Shown piece after piece: positions 48,801-61,786 of a stretch of 64,000 nt of DNA. A model generated the notes under the pieces. The model did not search any database. It worked only from the letters and a program-made list of their open reading frames with translations, and was not told the origin of the DNA. How positions within the stretch are numbered: the first letter of the stretch is position 1; each line of letters starts with the position of its first letter. Source of the stretch: Callorhinchus milii. Taxonomy: Eukaryota. The translations under genes were made by a program, and so were the position numbers. The stretch lies in the NCBI RefSeq assembly GCF_018977255.1, contig NW_024704743.1, positions 95,234,001-95,298,000 of the forward strand, written 5' to 3'.

Positions 48801-51800
48801 GGGGAATGGGAACAGAGCCAGAGGAGAGGGACAGGTTGATGATGTCTGTGATATGTGGGGCAAGGAGGTGGAGCTGAGAGATAAGGAGTGGAGTGTGGAT
48901 GGGGTCAATGGAGCAGGTGGTGGTTTTCAGGGATAGGATGAGTTTGGTGACAGAAGGTGGGGAAACGGGTACGAAGGTGTGTAGGGGAGGATGGGTAGGA
49001 GTCGGGAGTGTGGGAGGGAGGGGGTGGGTGGATGTTGGAGGGGAAGTGACCGCGGAGCGGATTCCCTTGATTTTGGATTCAAGGAAATCCAGCATCTCCT
49101 CGCAGTGAAGGTTGGAGGAGATGACCTGTGCGGGGTGGCGGGGGGGACGGAGGAGTCGGGATGTGGTAGAAAACAGAAGCCTGGGGTTGTTCTTCGCCTC
49201 AAGGATTATCCTGGAGTAGAAGGACAACTTCTATTCCAGAGGACGACTTCCCCCAGAGGATCAAGTTCAAGATCCTCGTCGTCACCTTTAAGGCCATCCA
49301 TGGCCTTGTCCCCCTCCTACCTCTCTGACCTGCTGACTCCCTACCAACCTGCCCGCTCCCTCCGTTCAGCAGGCTCCGGCCTGCTCCATGTCTCCTGCCG
49401 AGCCACTCTAACATCAGTGGTCGGGTTTTCAGCCTCTCAAGACCCTTCTCTAACCGTGCCTTTGGTCTCCCCCCCCACCTTTCCTCACCTCTACACCACC
49501 CCTCCCCCATGCTTGGGCCTCGACACCTGACTGTTCAGCGCTTTGGGACGTCCTCCCGACATGAAAGGCGCTCTATGAATGTCATTTTGTTGTTGTTAAA
49601 TATAGCTTCTGGGAAGAAATATGAAGCAAGGATGAGATTGGCCTTTGAGACAATGACCCAATTTTATTTTCCTGCTAACGCATACTTATCTAGGTTCACA
49701 TGAGATGTGGGCATTTGTATGAGGTACTGTAGGATTGCCCACAATGCATAGACCGGAGAAGAAAACAATGAACTTTTCCAGGTTGCTAAGTTTTAAGATT
49801 TTGAAAGCAAAAATGGAATTGTAAACCCAGATCACAATGCTAAACTATAACACTCGGTCCATTAGAAGAAAAATATTAGTGCATCATCAGATGTGATACA
49901 TTACAAAACGCAGTAGTGAAGTTTATGCATGCCAGTGTTGCAGACGGTAAGTTTAGTTTTACACTAACATTGGTAAAAGATGGAATTTAAAAACCTAGAA
50001 GGAAACTGCAATGGAGCAGCAATTGCACTTCAAAGAGGAAGGATTCAGAGAAAGATTTAGATCAAACTTTAGATAGGTTGCAGGAGAGAAATCATACCTC
50101 ATCAAATTATGCATTTCTTTCTCTGCCCACAAGCGGATGATTTTTCGTGGATTTAACTTGCCAAAGCGGTCTTTGAACCTATTGTCATCCTTAATGTACT
50201 TATCACGGGTTTTGAACTCATTAAGTGTTGTCTTAAAGACTTTGATAGCACATTCAGAAGGCACGATATGTTCATTGATCCTTAATAAGAAAGGGATAAA
50301 TTATGTTCAATAAATTTAGCAAATATAGATTCCAACTCTAAAAAGAAAAATAGTTTTTACAGTTCACAGTGTAATAGCCATAAGACTTTAGAAAACATAA
50401 TTATCAGTAAAGCTGCTATAGAAATATGCAACAGCTGTGGCTACTAGTTTCATCCACTTTTACAGCTATGGTCATTTCTGCCTGATTAGTCTGGAGAGGA
50501 TGGTCAGGTCAGAGAGCATGATGATACAAATGTGCATCCTCTGTGCAGCTAGCTTGGCACTGCTGGTTGCATTTTTCCACACTCTTCCATTAAAGCCCTC
50601 TGAGTAGCCAGTACTGTCATGTTCTCTATCACAAGGATCATGGAATCAGGCACAATTTGATTTAAGAAAACAAATTATAAAATAAAATTGGTCACTCAAT
50701 CCACAACTGTTCGTGGGACACTGCTGCGCACAATTGGCTGACGGTTTCACACACAAAATATACAGTCAATTTACTTTACAGTATATTCTGTGAAGTGCTT
50801 TGAGACGTCTCGAAGACGTGATAAGAAGATTTGATCAGTCATCCCTTCTTGTCTGGCCTATTCTGTAATACATACCTTCCTCCATTGCCATGCAAGACCA
50901 CCGACTCTTTGCCTGTGCTAATGCAGCCATTGACGTTTTCCAATAACCCGACATTTACCATTTTATACAGCAGCAGGCGGGTTTTAGTGTCTACAGCTTG
51001 TTCCTGAAGTGGGGAAAATATAAAAAGCATAAGATTGATTTACATTTCATCTTAAATTTTGTGGAATCTAAAACTGTAAAACAAACACAATATTACTTAA
51101 AATGAAGTGAATCCAGATTAAATTGGTATCCTGCCCATTTCACTATAGATATTGATGCTCAGAGATAAGTAGGTCTCATTGCTGGTTGCACTTGAAAAAT
51201 GCCAAGGAGGTAACTACTGCCATATTCAACAACAACTTGCACTTATATAGCACCCTCCACACAGGGTATGCCTCAGAGCACTTAGCAGTGAGGGGTAAAA
51301 TTCATCACATTTCAGCTGGTAGCCAAACCAGCACAATTCATGAAGTGAAAATATTTCTGAGTCTGCATTCCTGAGCAGAGCAGGAAGAGAGAGTTATGTG
51401 CCTTTTTCATTGCAGGTAAAATAAAATTCAGATTTCTTTATAAACCACCTAGTAAATTATAATCTGGGTATACCCGAAAGTCAGACAATAAAATTAACAC
51501 AGCCATCATTTTGTTCAGTTTTCTTCTGTAGTTGGACCAATTACTGACAATTTCACCCAAAATATCCAGCAGAGCAACATCAAATGTATATTCGCCCTGC
51601 CTAGAAACTGGAAGACTGAGACATATTGGATGAATCTATGAACCAAGGCATCGATAAAACAGATTAAAATTTAAATGATTAGATTGAGCCCAATCATATT
51701 CTCATTCCTACTTTATGTTCTTACAATGTTGAATTGGAATAAAGTTCATTGTAATTTATAATCAATAACACAAGTTTGAATTCTAGTTAAAGGGGAAGGA

Positions 51801-54800
51801 TATGCAATAGAAAAATACCGTTCATTTAATGTTTTCTTAAATATAATGTCTTAAAACTTTTAGTTAAAAAAGAAATTGAAATACTCAGCAGACGACCATG
51901 AACAGTTTATAGTGACAACATAGTCATCAGCATTTTCTTCACTTGCGGCTATTATCACAATCCTTTAAGTCAGTATCCAGAAATGTAACTAGGTACAGAA
52001 CTTACAGAAGTAGAATGTTCCTTTTTCTCATGAAGCTTAGCACTGCGACGCTGCTCGGAGATCGAGTGCTGCTTCAGGGCATTAAACACACGATTAGATA
52101 GTTTCAAGTCCATTCCAATTCCATCTCCAACTTGGAATTCTGGAGCAAACTACAAAGAAGAAAGGATATAAATCTCTGAAAAAATAAGCTGGCACAATTT
52201 TTGAAAAAAGTCATCCTTTCATCAGATTTGCAAGTTTTATGAAGGTCCAAGCTACCTGTTGGAGTGGGAGACCTTCTTTATAGCACAAGGGAGATCTCGG
52301 ACGTCTGGCATTGTGCTTTCACTCACAAGATTAAAAATACATTCAAATCTATCCAGAGGTTAATACTCCAAACACTGTGTATTCACAAACCACCAGTCGA
52401 TAATTATTCTAGAGCAAGTACTTACATTCTCCATTCTAGCCGTGTTCTTTCTACCACACATCACCTCATCATGCTTGGTGGTAATGTCTTTCCCTTTTCC
52501 AACAAATCCCCGCTTTGAGGCATTTGATTGTTTATCTGTGACACAAGATGAAAAGATTTTCAAGAATCATTTTATGTGTAAAAAAAATCCACAGCAAGTA
52601 TAATTGAAAAATATTTAAAATAGGATTATAGACATTTGCAGAGGTTACTTGCACCACATTTGTGTATGACTGGTCTTCAGTTACACATTTCACCCACAAA
52701 TATATGGTCAATTCACTTTACAGTCTATTCTTTGAGATGCTGAGAAGATGTGAAAAACGCAATATCAAATGCAAGGATTATTATTATTATTAGTCATTCA
52801 AATATAACAAGTGAATTTAGAACCCAAACATTCCCAAGTGGTTATGAATTTTTGAACTAAAATATGCTAATTTAACTTCCAGCATTGTGCAATAAGTGTT
52901 AATTTAATAGAATTCTAACTAATCTTAATAATACTGCTTACATGTATTAAAAAAACTAAAGATTTTTGCAGGATACGAAAAAACATGTTTTGAGGTAAAA
53001 AAAATGCTTATATGAACAGTGCATGTAAATCAATCCAATCCCAGTGAAACCTTTACACAATATACTTGCATCAGAAATCACCAAGACAATTGCAAGTCCA
53101 GCCCAAATCCTTTCCTGCACTACCCTTTGCACGCCCATCACTCCTCTCCACCGTCACCTCTGTCCTGCAGCTTTATTCTGGCTAGCAAATCTGTTGCCCT
53201 TGTCCCACCCTACCTTTGCAATCTTCCCCTGCCTCATGCTCCCACTCCTTCCCCATTCTCTGCAAGCCTCTCCTAAAATACATTGACTTCACACACTCCC
53301 TCTCCACTTTCAAAACCCTTATAAAGGCCTACTTCATCACACCTTCAGTCAACTCCCTCTTATTTCCCACCTTACTCAGGGTTCCACTCTGAGGCCCTCA
53401 GAGATGTTTCTCTACATAAAAGATGCTTTACAGGTTGTAAATGTTGTTTTAAGAGGAACGAGCTTTGAAGAAACATTAGAAACAACAGCCTGGAAAGAAA
53501 GTGGTTATAAAAAGGAGAAATATTAACATTGCACCATATTGCTCAGGTAATCAGAAATTACCAGCTCTGTAGGGATCATGGTACGTATCCTGCCAATCCA
53601 CTTCATCCTCTGAACTCTCACTGTCTTCAAAAGGATGCACCATTCGATAATTCTCAAAGGAAATAGAAACTGGAATAAAAACAAACAGTATATAGAACTA
53701 GAATGACATGGAAACAGGCCATTCAGCCCAACTGGTCTGTGTTGGTGGTTGTACTTCACATGTGCTCCTACCTCTCCTAATCCCCTCTTCTATACTCCTC
53801 TCTATTCCCTTCTTCGTGTAAACATCAAGTTTTTTCTTGAATATGTTGAGGCTCAATGCCTCAACCATAACTTCTGGCAACATTCCACATTCTCACCAAT
53901 GTTTGAGTAACGAAGGCCCTCCTAATCTCCTTTAAGATCTGCTGTTGGCCATCTTACACTGCATATACAAAAATCTAAATTATAGTATAATTTCCTGTAT
54001 TTCTGAGATGGCAGAACATACTCCCTGCTATTGCTGCTGTGCTCGATAATTCTGATGAACTATTTAGTCAGGTTGAGAAGCGGACATCAAACTATAACCT
54101 AATTCATCTTGAATTACAAGTGGTAGCTGGTATTTGATATTCAGTAGTATTCAAAATTCAAATATTTTTAGTTTCATGAATGGAGGATTAGTAGTCTACA
54201 TTTATGATTGTTTTTCATATTCTGTACAGAAATGTTACAAGTCTGTAAAACAGAATTTCTACGCTTTACGCCTCATCACGTCAGCCAAATATTTTACCCA
54301 TGAGAAATTTCCATACTCTTTTCAGATGCACATTAAAGATCACAAGGCACCCTCTACATGCTCCCCTTTGGTGACACCATCCGCAGACATGGGGTAAATT
54401 TCCACACGTATGCGGATGACACCCAACTCTACCTCTCTGCCTCCTCTCTGAACTCCAGGACTACTGGCGTCCTGACCGACTGCCTGTCCGACATCAAGTC
54501 CTGAACGAGGGACAACTTTCTCCAACTCAACGTCAGCAAGACTGAGACCCTTCTGATTGGCTCGCGCCAGCGCCTCCGCACCGCAGGCGCTGTCAGCATC
54601 AGCCTCCACGGCTGCACAATCAACCTCACTAAGTCACATCAAGGCTCGATTACAGGAACTCCCTCCTCATCGGCCATCCCAACTCTTCCCTTCACAAGCT
54701 GCAGATCATCCAAAACTCTGCAGCTCATGTGCTCTCACACACCAGGCTCCATGACCCCATCACTCCCACCCTCGCCCGACTCAACTGGCTTCCCATCCCC

Positions 54801-57800
54801 CAGAGGATCGAGTTCAACATCCTCGTCCTCACTTTCAAGGCCATCCATGGCCTTGCCCCCTCCTACCTCTCTGACCTGCTGACTCCCTACCAACCTGCCC
54901 GCTCCCTCCGTTCAGGGGGCTCCAGCCTGCTCCATGTCTCCCGCCCGACCATCGGTGTTCGGGTTTTCAGCCTCTCTGCCCCCACACTCTGGAACTCCAT
55001 CCCCCGATCCCTTCACCTCGCTTCCTCCCTTGCCGCTTTCAAGGTCGGTCTCAAGATGCTCTCTTCGACCGTGACTTTGGTCGCCCTCCCACCTCTCTGC
55101 CTTCTCTCTGCCTTCCCTCACCCATACACCACCCCTCCCCCATGCTTAGACCCCGACACCTGACTTTTCAGCGCTTTGGGACGTCCTCAAGAGGTGAAAG
55201 GCGCTCTGCTCTATAAGTGTAAGTTTGTTGGTGGTGTTGTATTTGGAAAAGAGGAGTTTCTCCTGGCTTCCTGGCCAAAAATCGTTCAGATAAAAATTGG
55301 TCATTCACTTTATGAAGTGAATGGGCACAGCTCTGCGCAAATGGGCTTCCATTTTTGCCTACAAAATAGTCACTTCTCTTTATACTGTTTCCTGTGAAGG
55401 CTTCGAGACATCCTCCTGACATGAAAAGTACCATATCAAGTGTAAGGATTATTTTATAATTTGAAATCATCGTTTCAGAATACGCATCCTATTATTTTCC
55501 TAATACAGCAGAAGCAGTTTCCTAAACCAGTTCAGTATCTTGGATTCTAACACAATTCCTGGTAACCTATTTTATAACTGTTAATTACTTGCTACTTAAA
55601 ATACTTTATTGTGATGAAGTTAACGTTATCAAATGACAAACTGATTGATGAATTGACCTCAGATGCAGGAAGATGCCTGAAGCTTAAAAACTCCACTATT
55701 ATCTGTACCTTTGCTGTCTCCGTTGAGCTTATTCTCTTCCCGTCGAAGTTGTGCATCGTATTCTCTGTCAAATTCCATTTGTAGCATTTGAGCTAAAAGG
55801 AGGTCACTAGAAGTTTCACCTCCCTCTCCAACGAAAGCAACCTTATCAATACTAAACACATAAGAAAAGGAGGTTGAAAATTATTTCCCCCTGCCATTGA
55901 TCTAAAAAATATTTACTTACCAAATTAAAAGCAAAACATCACTTCATGCACTTAATGTTGATATTAACCAGAATAAATCAGATTCCAGAATTTTCTAGCA
56001 TTTTCAGCAGCACGGTCCAAACAAGATCATGTCACAGAGTAAAAATAACATTGTTAAACAATGGCTCGCCAAATACTCAGTGGGTAAAATGCATTGTGTG
56101 ATGTGGCACTGGTAAATGCTGAATTAGCAGATGTCAGAGAGAGCAACAGTGGGCACAATCAATGATCTGTGTCCTAGGCTAGGTAGGAAAAGTGAAGCGA
56201 AAAGTATCAATCAGGTTTCCTCCTCATTAACTAATGATACTCCTGTAAAGTGAACATGTGGGAACACTGGATAAAGGCAACAATGCTTTTTCCACCCTGC
56301 TTCCTAAATTGCTTTCCACTCATTGTTTGAGCGCATATCCAATAAATGTTGTGTTGCAGGAAGGAGCAACCTGCGTGGTGTCTGTGCTCTCTGGAAATGC
56401 TCAAAGTGGACAAAGGTTACAAAAAGTGAGCACTTATTTCCTAGCAAACCAATCATTTTGATGGCTGAGATAGTTAAGCAGAATGCCGTCAGGTGTTTTT
56501 TTTAAAAAATCTCACTTGTCCAATGCTAACATTAGGCCAGTGGTTCCCAAGCGACTGACCGCTTTTTTATCCAGATCATGATACTCTTTCCCCCAAGTAA
56601 ATCAGAGTCCTCCCTCCCAGATCAGGCAGCTCTTTCCCTTGACGCACAGCCCCATAGTTTTCTGTGTCGTGGCTAATCGTTAAAATCAATAGAATAATGA
56701 TAGTTCTGGTTGGCAACAAAAAAGTGCTTATGTCAGGAATGACAAATGAATGACAGATGAAGGTGGTTACGGCAAGTCTGGCAAGCCAAGAACCATGGTA
56801 TTCCCATGGTTATGGAAGGGAGCTTTCTCCCCTTTTCAGTAACTTTCAATGCCACTTGCTACTCATTTTGATTGACAAGTGATTTTAAAAATAGCTTTTA
56901 GCAAGTGGATTGAAATTGCTATTGACAGTTCCCTAATGATAGTTCATCCATCCACATTGTTTCCCATAACATTTTTAATTAACTAGCTATTGTGTTTCAT
57001 CTGTAGATGCAAATGGACTGAAGCTGCTTTTGTGAATCTTTGGTTTGACCTCTACCAAATAGAAGAATTGAAAAGCTGCAGCACTGTTATTTTCAGCAGG
57101 CACTGCTCCACATAAGCACTTTACACGCACTAAAGAGTTTCAGTTATTTTTCCTTTGGTAGCTCCTCAGTACATACAGGGGAACGTAATGAATAGAAAAG
57201 GACCTTAGTAATGAGTAACATTTATCCAGATACATAACTGAGATCCATATAAATTATAGGGATCCACACAACATAACAGTATACTCTATTTTCCAGAAAT
57301 TAGGCATTTCAAGACAAAAACAACTTGGATTTATAAAGTATCGGTCTCATAGAATAATGCCTCGGAGCACTTCACAGTGGCCAGTTTGAAAGCCGAGCTG
57401 GGGCGTGGTGGGGGAAAAGGTGACCGTAGGAGCAGTCAAAGAGGCATGTGTTAAGATGGGATTTGAAAATAGGTAGAAGGGGCAAAGCAAAAAATAGAAG
57501 CAGAGAGTTCCAGAGTTTGGGATATAATAACTGAAGACTTAGCTATCAATGGTAGCTTGGATGGAGCAGAGAGAAACGGAGGTGCTAGGGTATAAACATA
57601 TGCAATATGCCCAGTGTATCTCATTTGGAGCAACAAAACATAATAGGATATAATGACATGTTACTCAATAAATACAGATCTGTGCATTTAAATGGTTAAC
57701 ATACAAATGCAGCATCTGATGTTCCCAAAATGCTCATCTTTGCCTTAGCGCTACCTAAACACTTTGCAGGAACAGCAACAATAGTCTCTTCCCCGCGACT

Positions 57801-60800
57801 GACCCTATACAAACTAGGATTGAAGTAGAGACCCATCAGGACCTTGGTAAAGTAAATGAATGAGCGAAATAAATCTTGTCTGAATACAATTTTAAACCAC
57901 TTCTTTAGGGAACAATGTATCTAATCAAACTATTATTGTCTGGACTAATCTGAAATGAGCCATGATTGCTAACAGTTCATTTCAGATTAGTTCAGACCAA
58001 GTTCAATACCAGTGTTACAAAGCCTTCTGCTTATTCCAGGATTTGCTGACTCTGTATTGCTAACTTAAACTAAAATTGTTTTTCAGCTCTTAAAAACAGT
58101 GACAAAAACTTTGTACGTACTCAATGACGTTAGGGAAGGCTGCTGTATCCTCCTGCTGCTGCAATTCTTTTGCAAGTTCTTCACTCATTACATCCGAAAG
58201 GGAGCAGGGGGTCACTGTGGACAGTGGTGCCCCCCAAGGTGACTATAAAGAAGAAAATCATAACATCAAAGTATAAATCTTTTAAACAGAAGCTCAAATA
58301 AAAGTGATTTTAGCAGTTTCAATTCAACTGGAGCCCTGAGTAATTTGATCAATGATGCAATAATTTAAGATTCTCTCGGAAACATCATTTCAGCATTCAA
58401 ATTAATTATGATCTAACATTAGGTGTTATTATTCAGAAAGGGCAGGATCAAATGGGCTTCACCCAGACCCACCTTGTGATATTAAAATCCCATAATCACA
58501 TAAATACAGCTGGTCAAGGCACTCAAGCATAGGTGACTAATATGGTACAGCAACGAGAATTCTTGCAATACCAAAGACTAAGTACTAATTGTGTGGTTAA
58601 TGCATGGTTTAATGAAACATCTTTCACATTATTGTCATTATTGAAAGGGAAAGAAGAGAATGCAAATACTCGTGAGATAAGAAAACACAACACGAGAAAA
58701 ACATTTTGCTTAGCAGTAGCTCCTCAGATTTACAACCACCCATGTAATATGGATTAATATATTGTCCCAACAAAAAATAGATTGCGTTAAAATTCATAAC
58801 CAGCCATATTATAATCACCAATATGACTGACTGGGAATAAATCCTCATATTCAACGATATAAGCAGGTTTTCACTTATTTGGAATGTACAAATAAATAAT
58901 GATATCTATCTCAGATCTGACCTATTTTTGCCTTCATATGTAACACAGGGAGAGGATACAACCTATTTCTGAAGTTCACAGTAATGGCAGTAATAAATAA
59001 AACTTTCCTGTACACAGGTGATGTTCCACTATGCATCTCCAAACTAGTCTACAACCCTACCCAATTTGCTAACATTTACAAACGCAAGTCTGATTGACAT
59101 CTGATTGAACTTGGTGCATGTAAATTTCACCATAGCAGTATATGGTACTATTTTGTTCAAATGCCACATAACAATGAATTGCAACATGCATTATTAGTAC
59201 TGTGTAAAAAAAATGAGAAAAAATAGGTAATGTATATTAAAAAATAACAGCAACAGTGGATTAAAATGCAATCTTTTCACATTGTGACTTATGGAATTAG
59301 ATTCTCCACTTTCTAAAAGATACTAGGATCAGAAACAAGTGTAGGCTGTTTGTAATAGCCACAAGTTCACAACTGAAAAGTAAACATTTGCTCTACATTA
59401 AATTGGCAAATCCAATCAAAGGAGCCTCAAGATTTCTGCTCTGGAAAATGTCAGACTGGTGCTAGAAACACTCCCAGGGTTAAAAAAAACATTCAAGTTG
59501 TTCAATATTTGTTTTTGTGGTACATGAAATAATAAACAAAAAATACTGAGTCATGCTTCAAACAGTTCCACCCAATTTAGTTCAATCGATCATGAGTCAC
59601 ACACGTCCTTTTTTGGTCAGCCGGGTGTCTGACACATGTGAAAACATCACCATGCTTAAGAGTATCCAAACCAAATTGAGAATTCCATGCATCCTACCTA
59701 CACATGGAAATCCTATAGATTGTTGGAATGAAATGCACACTCTCTCCCCAGAGGGACCCATCCTGCTTAACTAATTCTGGAAAGTATTAGGCGTAGGTTA
59801 GCGGGAGCCAAGGCTTAGGATCCCAGAGCGTGCACTGGAATACTGCTGGAGTCCAACCAGCTAAAACTGCATTGCTGGCCATTGATAGTGCTCTGTGGCA
59901 AGCTTTCACGTTGCTTTTCCAACTTGGACCATTCTACCCATTAGGGCTTTAACTTGCAGGGTTAACAGGAGCTGAGTGGGATGACACCCTACCACAGTGA
60001 CAGGCCAGCCCTTCCAGGTCCTGCCGCTGAGCTAGGCTGGCTGTGCCGTCATCAGCAGTACCTTGGAATACTGCAGACCTGCCTAGCTCAGGAACCGGAC
60101 TACCGAGACTGCCACAGAGGGCTGGCCCAGAACCAGTTCAGCTCCAAAGAGACCCCGCTTCCCTCCATCCCCCCACCCCAGAGGATGGTCACTAGTTGGT
60201 CGTTTCGATATCCAATACACGCGGGTTTGAGCCCTCACTTAAACAGATGGCCAAGATGTCGAATGGATGAACGCAGAAGAACTGAACCCAGTGTTGTCAG
60301 CAATAACATTATGTATTTGCATTTTTTTTGCACTTATACAGTGCCCTTCATGTGGGGTAGCATTTCTGAGTGTGTAACAGTGGCGGAGCCTGACATTGAG
60401 CCAGAGAGAGTGGGGAGGTGAACGTAAGCACGGTCAAAGGGAAGGGTCTTCAAGCATGATCTGAAATTGGAGAAGGAGGAGCAAAGGCTGAGGGATTGGG
60501 TGAAGAGAATTCCAAAGTTTTGGGGGCGTAACGGCTGAAAGTACAGCCACCAATGGTGGAGTAGAGGAGACGAGGGACAAGGATGAGGCCGAAGCAGAAG
60601 CAGCAGGTTGTGAAGTGGAGAGTAAACAAACTGAGTGAGAGGATCTTGAAGTCAATTCGCTCTGTGATGGGGTGTCGGGCCTGGTGTGATGGGGGTACAG
60701 AGTTTAGAGCGGGTGAGTGGAGTTCTAGATGAGTGGTGCACATTTTATTTTAATCATAAAATTAAAGCCTTTACTTTCATACGAGGCAAGTATGTACCTT

Positions 60801-60845
60801 GGGTTTCCATGGCGCTGAGGGGCCAGGCCCTGCAACCTGCTCCAT
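42731..60845 (-). CDS. RIOK3: RIO kinase 3, spliced CDS of 13 exons (509 aa)
   Basis: Exons assembled by hand with GT-AG boundaries and consistent phases total 1530 nt. The protein carries RIOK3 motifs ([62 protein letters not shown]). Confidence 0.97.
43195..44145 (-). mobile_element. Two old Deu-domain SINEs (SacSINE1/AmnSINE1-like)
   Basis: GAATAGTGCCATGGGAT, GCAGCCAATTGCGCACAGCAA.TCCCACAAACAGC and a tRNA-like head at ~43500-43570. Confidence 0.75.
44551..44658 (-). CDS. RIOK3: RIOK3 exon 12 ([18 protein letters not shown]..)
   Basis: 108 nt, AG/GTGAGA boundaries. Confidence 0.95.
45127..45216 (-). CDS. RIOK3: RIOK3 exon 11 ([21 protein letters not shown])
   Basis: 90 nt, contains metal-binding IDVSQ, AG/GT boundaries. 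Confidence 0.96.
46255..46396 (+). mobile_element. CR1 (HER1/HE1-like) 3' tail
   Basis: GATCAGCCATGATCTTATTGAATGGCGG..GAATGGCCTACTCCTGCTCCTA..TTCTTATG x2. Confidence 0.85.
46752..46832 (-). CDS. RIOK3: RIOK3 exon 10 (catalytic loop [13 protein letters not shown])
   Basis: 81 nt, AG/GTAAGG boundaries. Confidence 0.96.
47160..47319 (-). CDS. RIOK3: RIOK3 exon 9 ([25 protein letters not shown]..)
   Basis: 160 nt, AG/GTAAGC boundaries. Confidence 0.96.
47495..49597. mobile_element. Compound L2 insertion (+/-/+) forming a long inverted repeat in RIOK3 intron 8
   Basis: + arm 47495-48295, - arm 48298-49232, + 3' tail 49250-49597. Confidence 0.9.
50098..50280 (-). CDS. RIOK3: RIOK3 exon 8 (..[25 protein letters not shown])
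   Basis: 183 nt, contains the catalytic Lys, AG/GT boundaries. Confidence 0.96.
50876..51003 (-). CDS. RIOK3: RIOK3 exon 7 ([27 protein letters not shown])
   Basis: 128 nt, contains the P-loop STGKES, AG/GT boundaries. Confidence 0.96.
52006..52149 (-). CDS. RIOK3: RIOK3 exon 6 ([28 protein letters not shown])
   Basis: 144 nt, AG/GTAAGT boundaries. Confidence 0.96.
52426..52535 (-). CDS. RIOK3: RIOK3 exon 5 (..[28 protein letters not shown])
   Basis: 110 nt, AG/GTAAGT boundaries. Confidence 0.96.
53562..53669 (-). CDS. RIOK3: RIOK3 exon 4 ([28 protein letters not shown]..)
   Basis: 108 nt, AG/GT boundaries. Confidence 0.95.
54350..55242 (+). mobile_element. L2 LINE 3' part
   Basis: [18 protein letters not shown] peptides and L2 tail. 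Confidence 0.9.
55709..55851 (-). CDS. RIOK3: RIOK3 exon 3 (..[30 protein letters not shown])
   Basis: 143 nt, AG/GT boundaries, lies within ORF 55659..55859. Confidence 0.95.
58121..58242 (-). CDS. RIOK3: RIOK3 exon 2 ([24 protein letters not shown]..)
   Basis: tttatag acceptor, GTACGT donor, 122 nt, homologous to human CPWAIP..CSLADVMSEQLAKELQ. Confidence 0.93.
60798..60845 (-). CDS. RIOK3: RIOK3 coding exon 1 ([16 protein letters not shown])
   Basis: ATG at 60845, 16 codons, then a GTACAT donor. Resembles human exon 1 (..AAWGPSK); phase 0 fits exon 2. Confidence 0.8.
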
Positions 60846-61194
60846 GTCACTGTTCCTGTCCAGGGGAGACAGCAGCTCCTTTTCTTCGCCTCACTCTCCT
60901 CTCCTCTCCCACTCCGCTCTCCCTCCTCTTTTCCCCCCTCCTCGTTTCTCTCTCACTCGGGACAAGTCCAGACCTGTCTGTCGGGCCTCCCCTCCCCTCC
61001 CCCCCAGGCCAGGACTCGGCAACGGTGGCAAACACCAGGCGGGTGACACGCTGACAATTCACTTTCCTTTTAAAAAAAGAAAAATAAACCCCTGTCGATA
61101 TCTGTAAAATATATAAACAAACAGGGAGCGAGTGCCACGTCCTGAACCCTGGGCTCTCTCTCTCTCTCTCTCTCCCTTTCCTTTTCCTCCTCCT

Positions 61195-61325
61195 CTCACT
61201 CGCTGCGATGGCCGCCGGAAGCGCGCGCCCAGTCGGTTAAGATCAGTTTGAAGGCGGGGTCACAGGTCATCGTACACCGTGACGTGCATAGAGGGCTTGC
61301 GCATGACGTCATCGGGCTCCGCGAA
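61195..61325 (-). promoter_or_regulatory. CpG-rich RIOK3 promoter with CRE, ETS, YY1-like and DR1 motifs
   Basis: Local CpG cluster ~400 bp upstream of the ATG. TGACGTCA at 61304-61311, CCGGAAG near 61215, GGGTCAcAGGTCA at 61257-61269. Confidence 0.7.
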
Positions 61326-61458
61326 GCCCTGCTCCCTCTGTGTTGGGCAACAGTCTGTAATGAAGACTCCCATGTGTTCAGGGCAGTTGGTGACTGTGCC
61401 AAAGCTGCTGCTTTCACCTGCAAGAGTTTACTGTGAAGTCACTCACGCCACTTTAGAG

Positions 61459-61786
61459 TAATAATAATAATAATCCTTTGCATTTGATATAGCGCTTTTC
61501 ACGTCGGGAGGACGTCCCAAAGCGCTTCACAGAACACACTGTAAAGTGAATTGACTGTATATTTGTGGGCGAACGCGGCAGCCAATTGCGCACAGCAATG
61601 TCCCACAAACAGTCGTAGATTGAAAATGACCAATTTATTATTGTTTTGGGGGGATTATTATTAGGCTCTGTGTGGAGTAAGGAAACTTGCCCAAGGTTTC
61701 GCCCTCTGCCTGGAATTGAACTCAGGTCTCTCACTCGCAAAGCGAGTGCTCTAACCACTGAGCTACAGGACTCCACTGAGCTACAG
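61459..61786 (-). mobile_element. Full-length tRNA-derived Deu-domain SINE
   Basis: Head GTAGCTCAGTGGTTAGAGCAC..GAGTTCAATTCC, Deu core, L2-type tail and (ATT)n. Confidence 0.9.

Noticed and set aside
61715..61786. tRNA gene upstream of RIOK3
   Set aside because: It is the tRNA-derived head of a SINE (no acceptor stem; continues into the Deu core).
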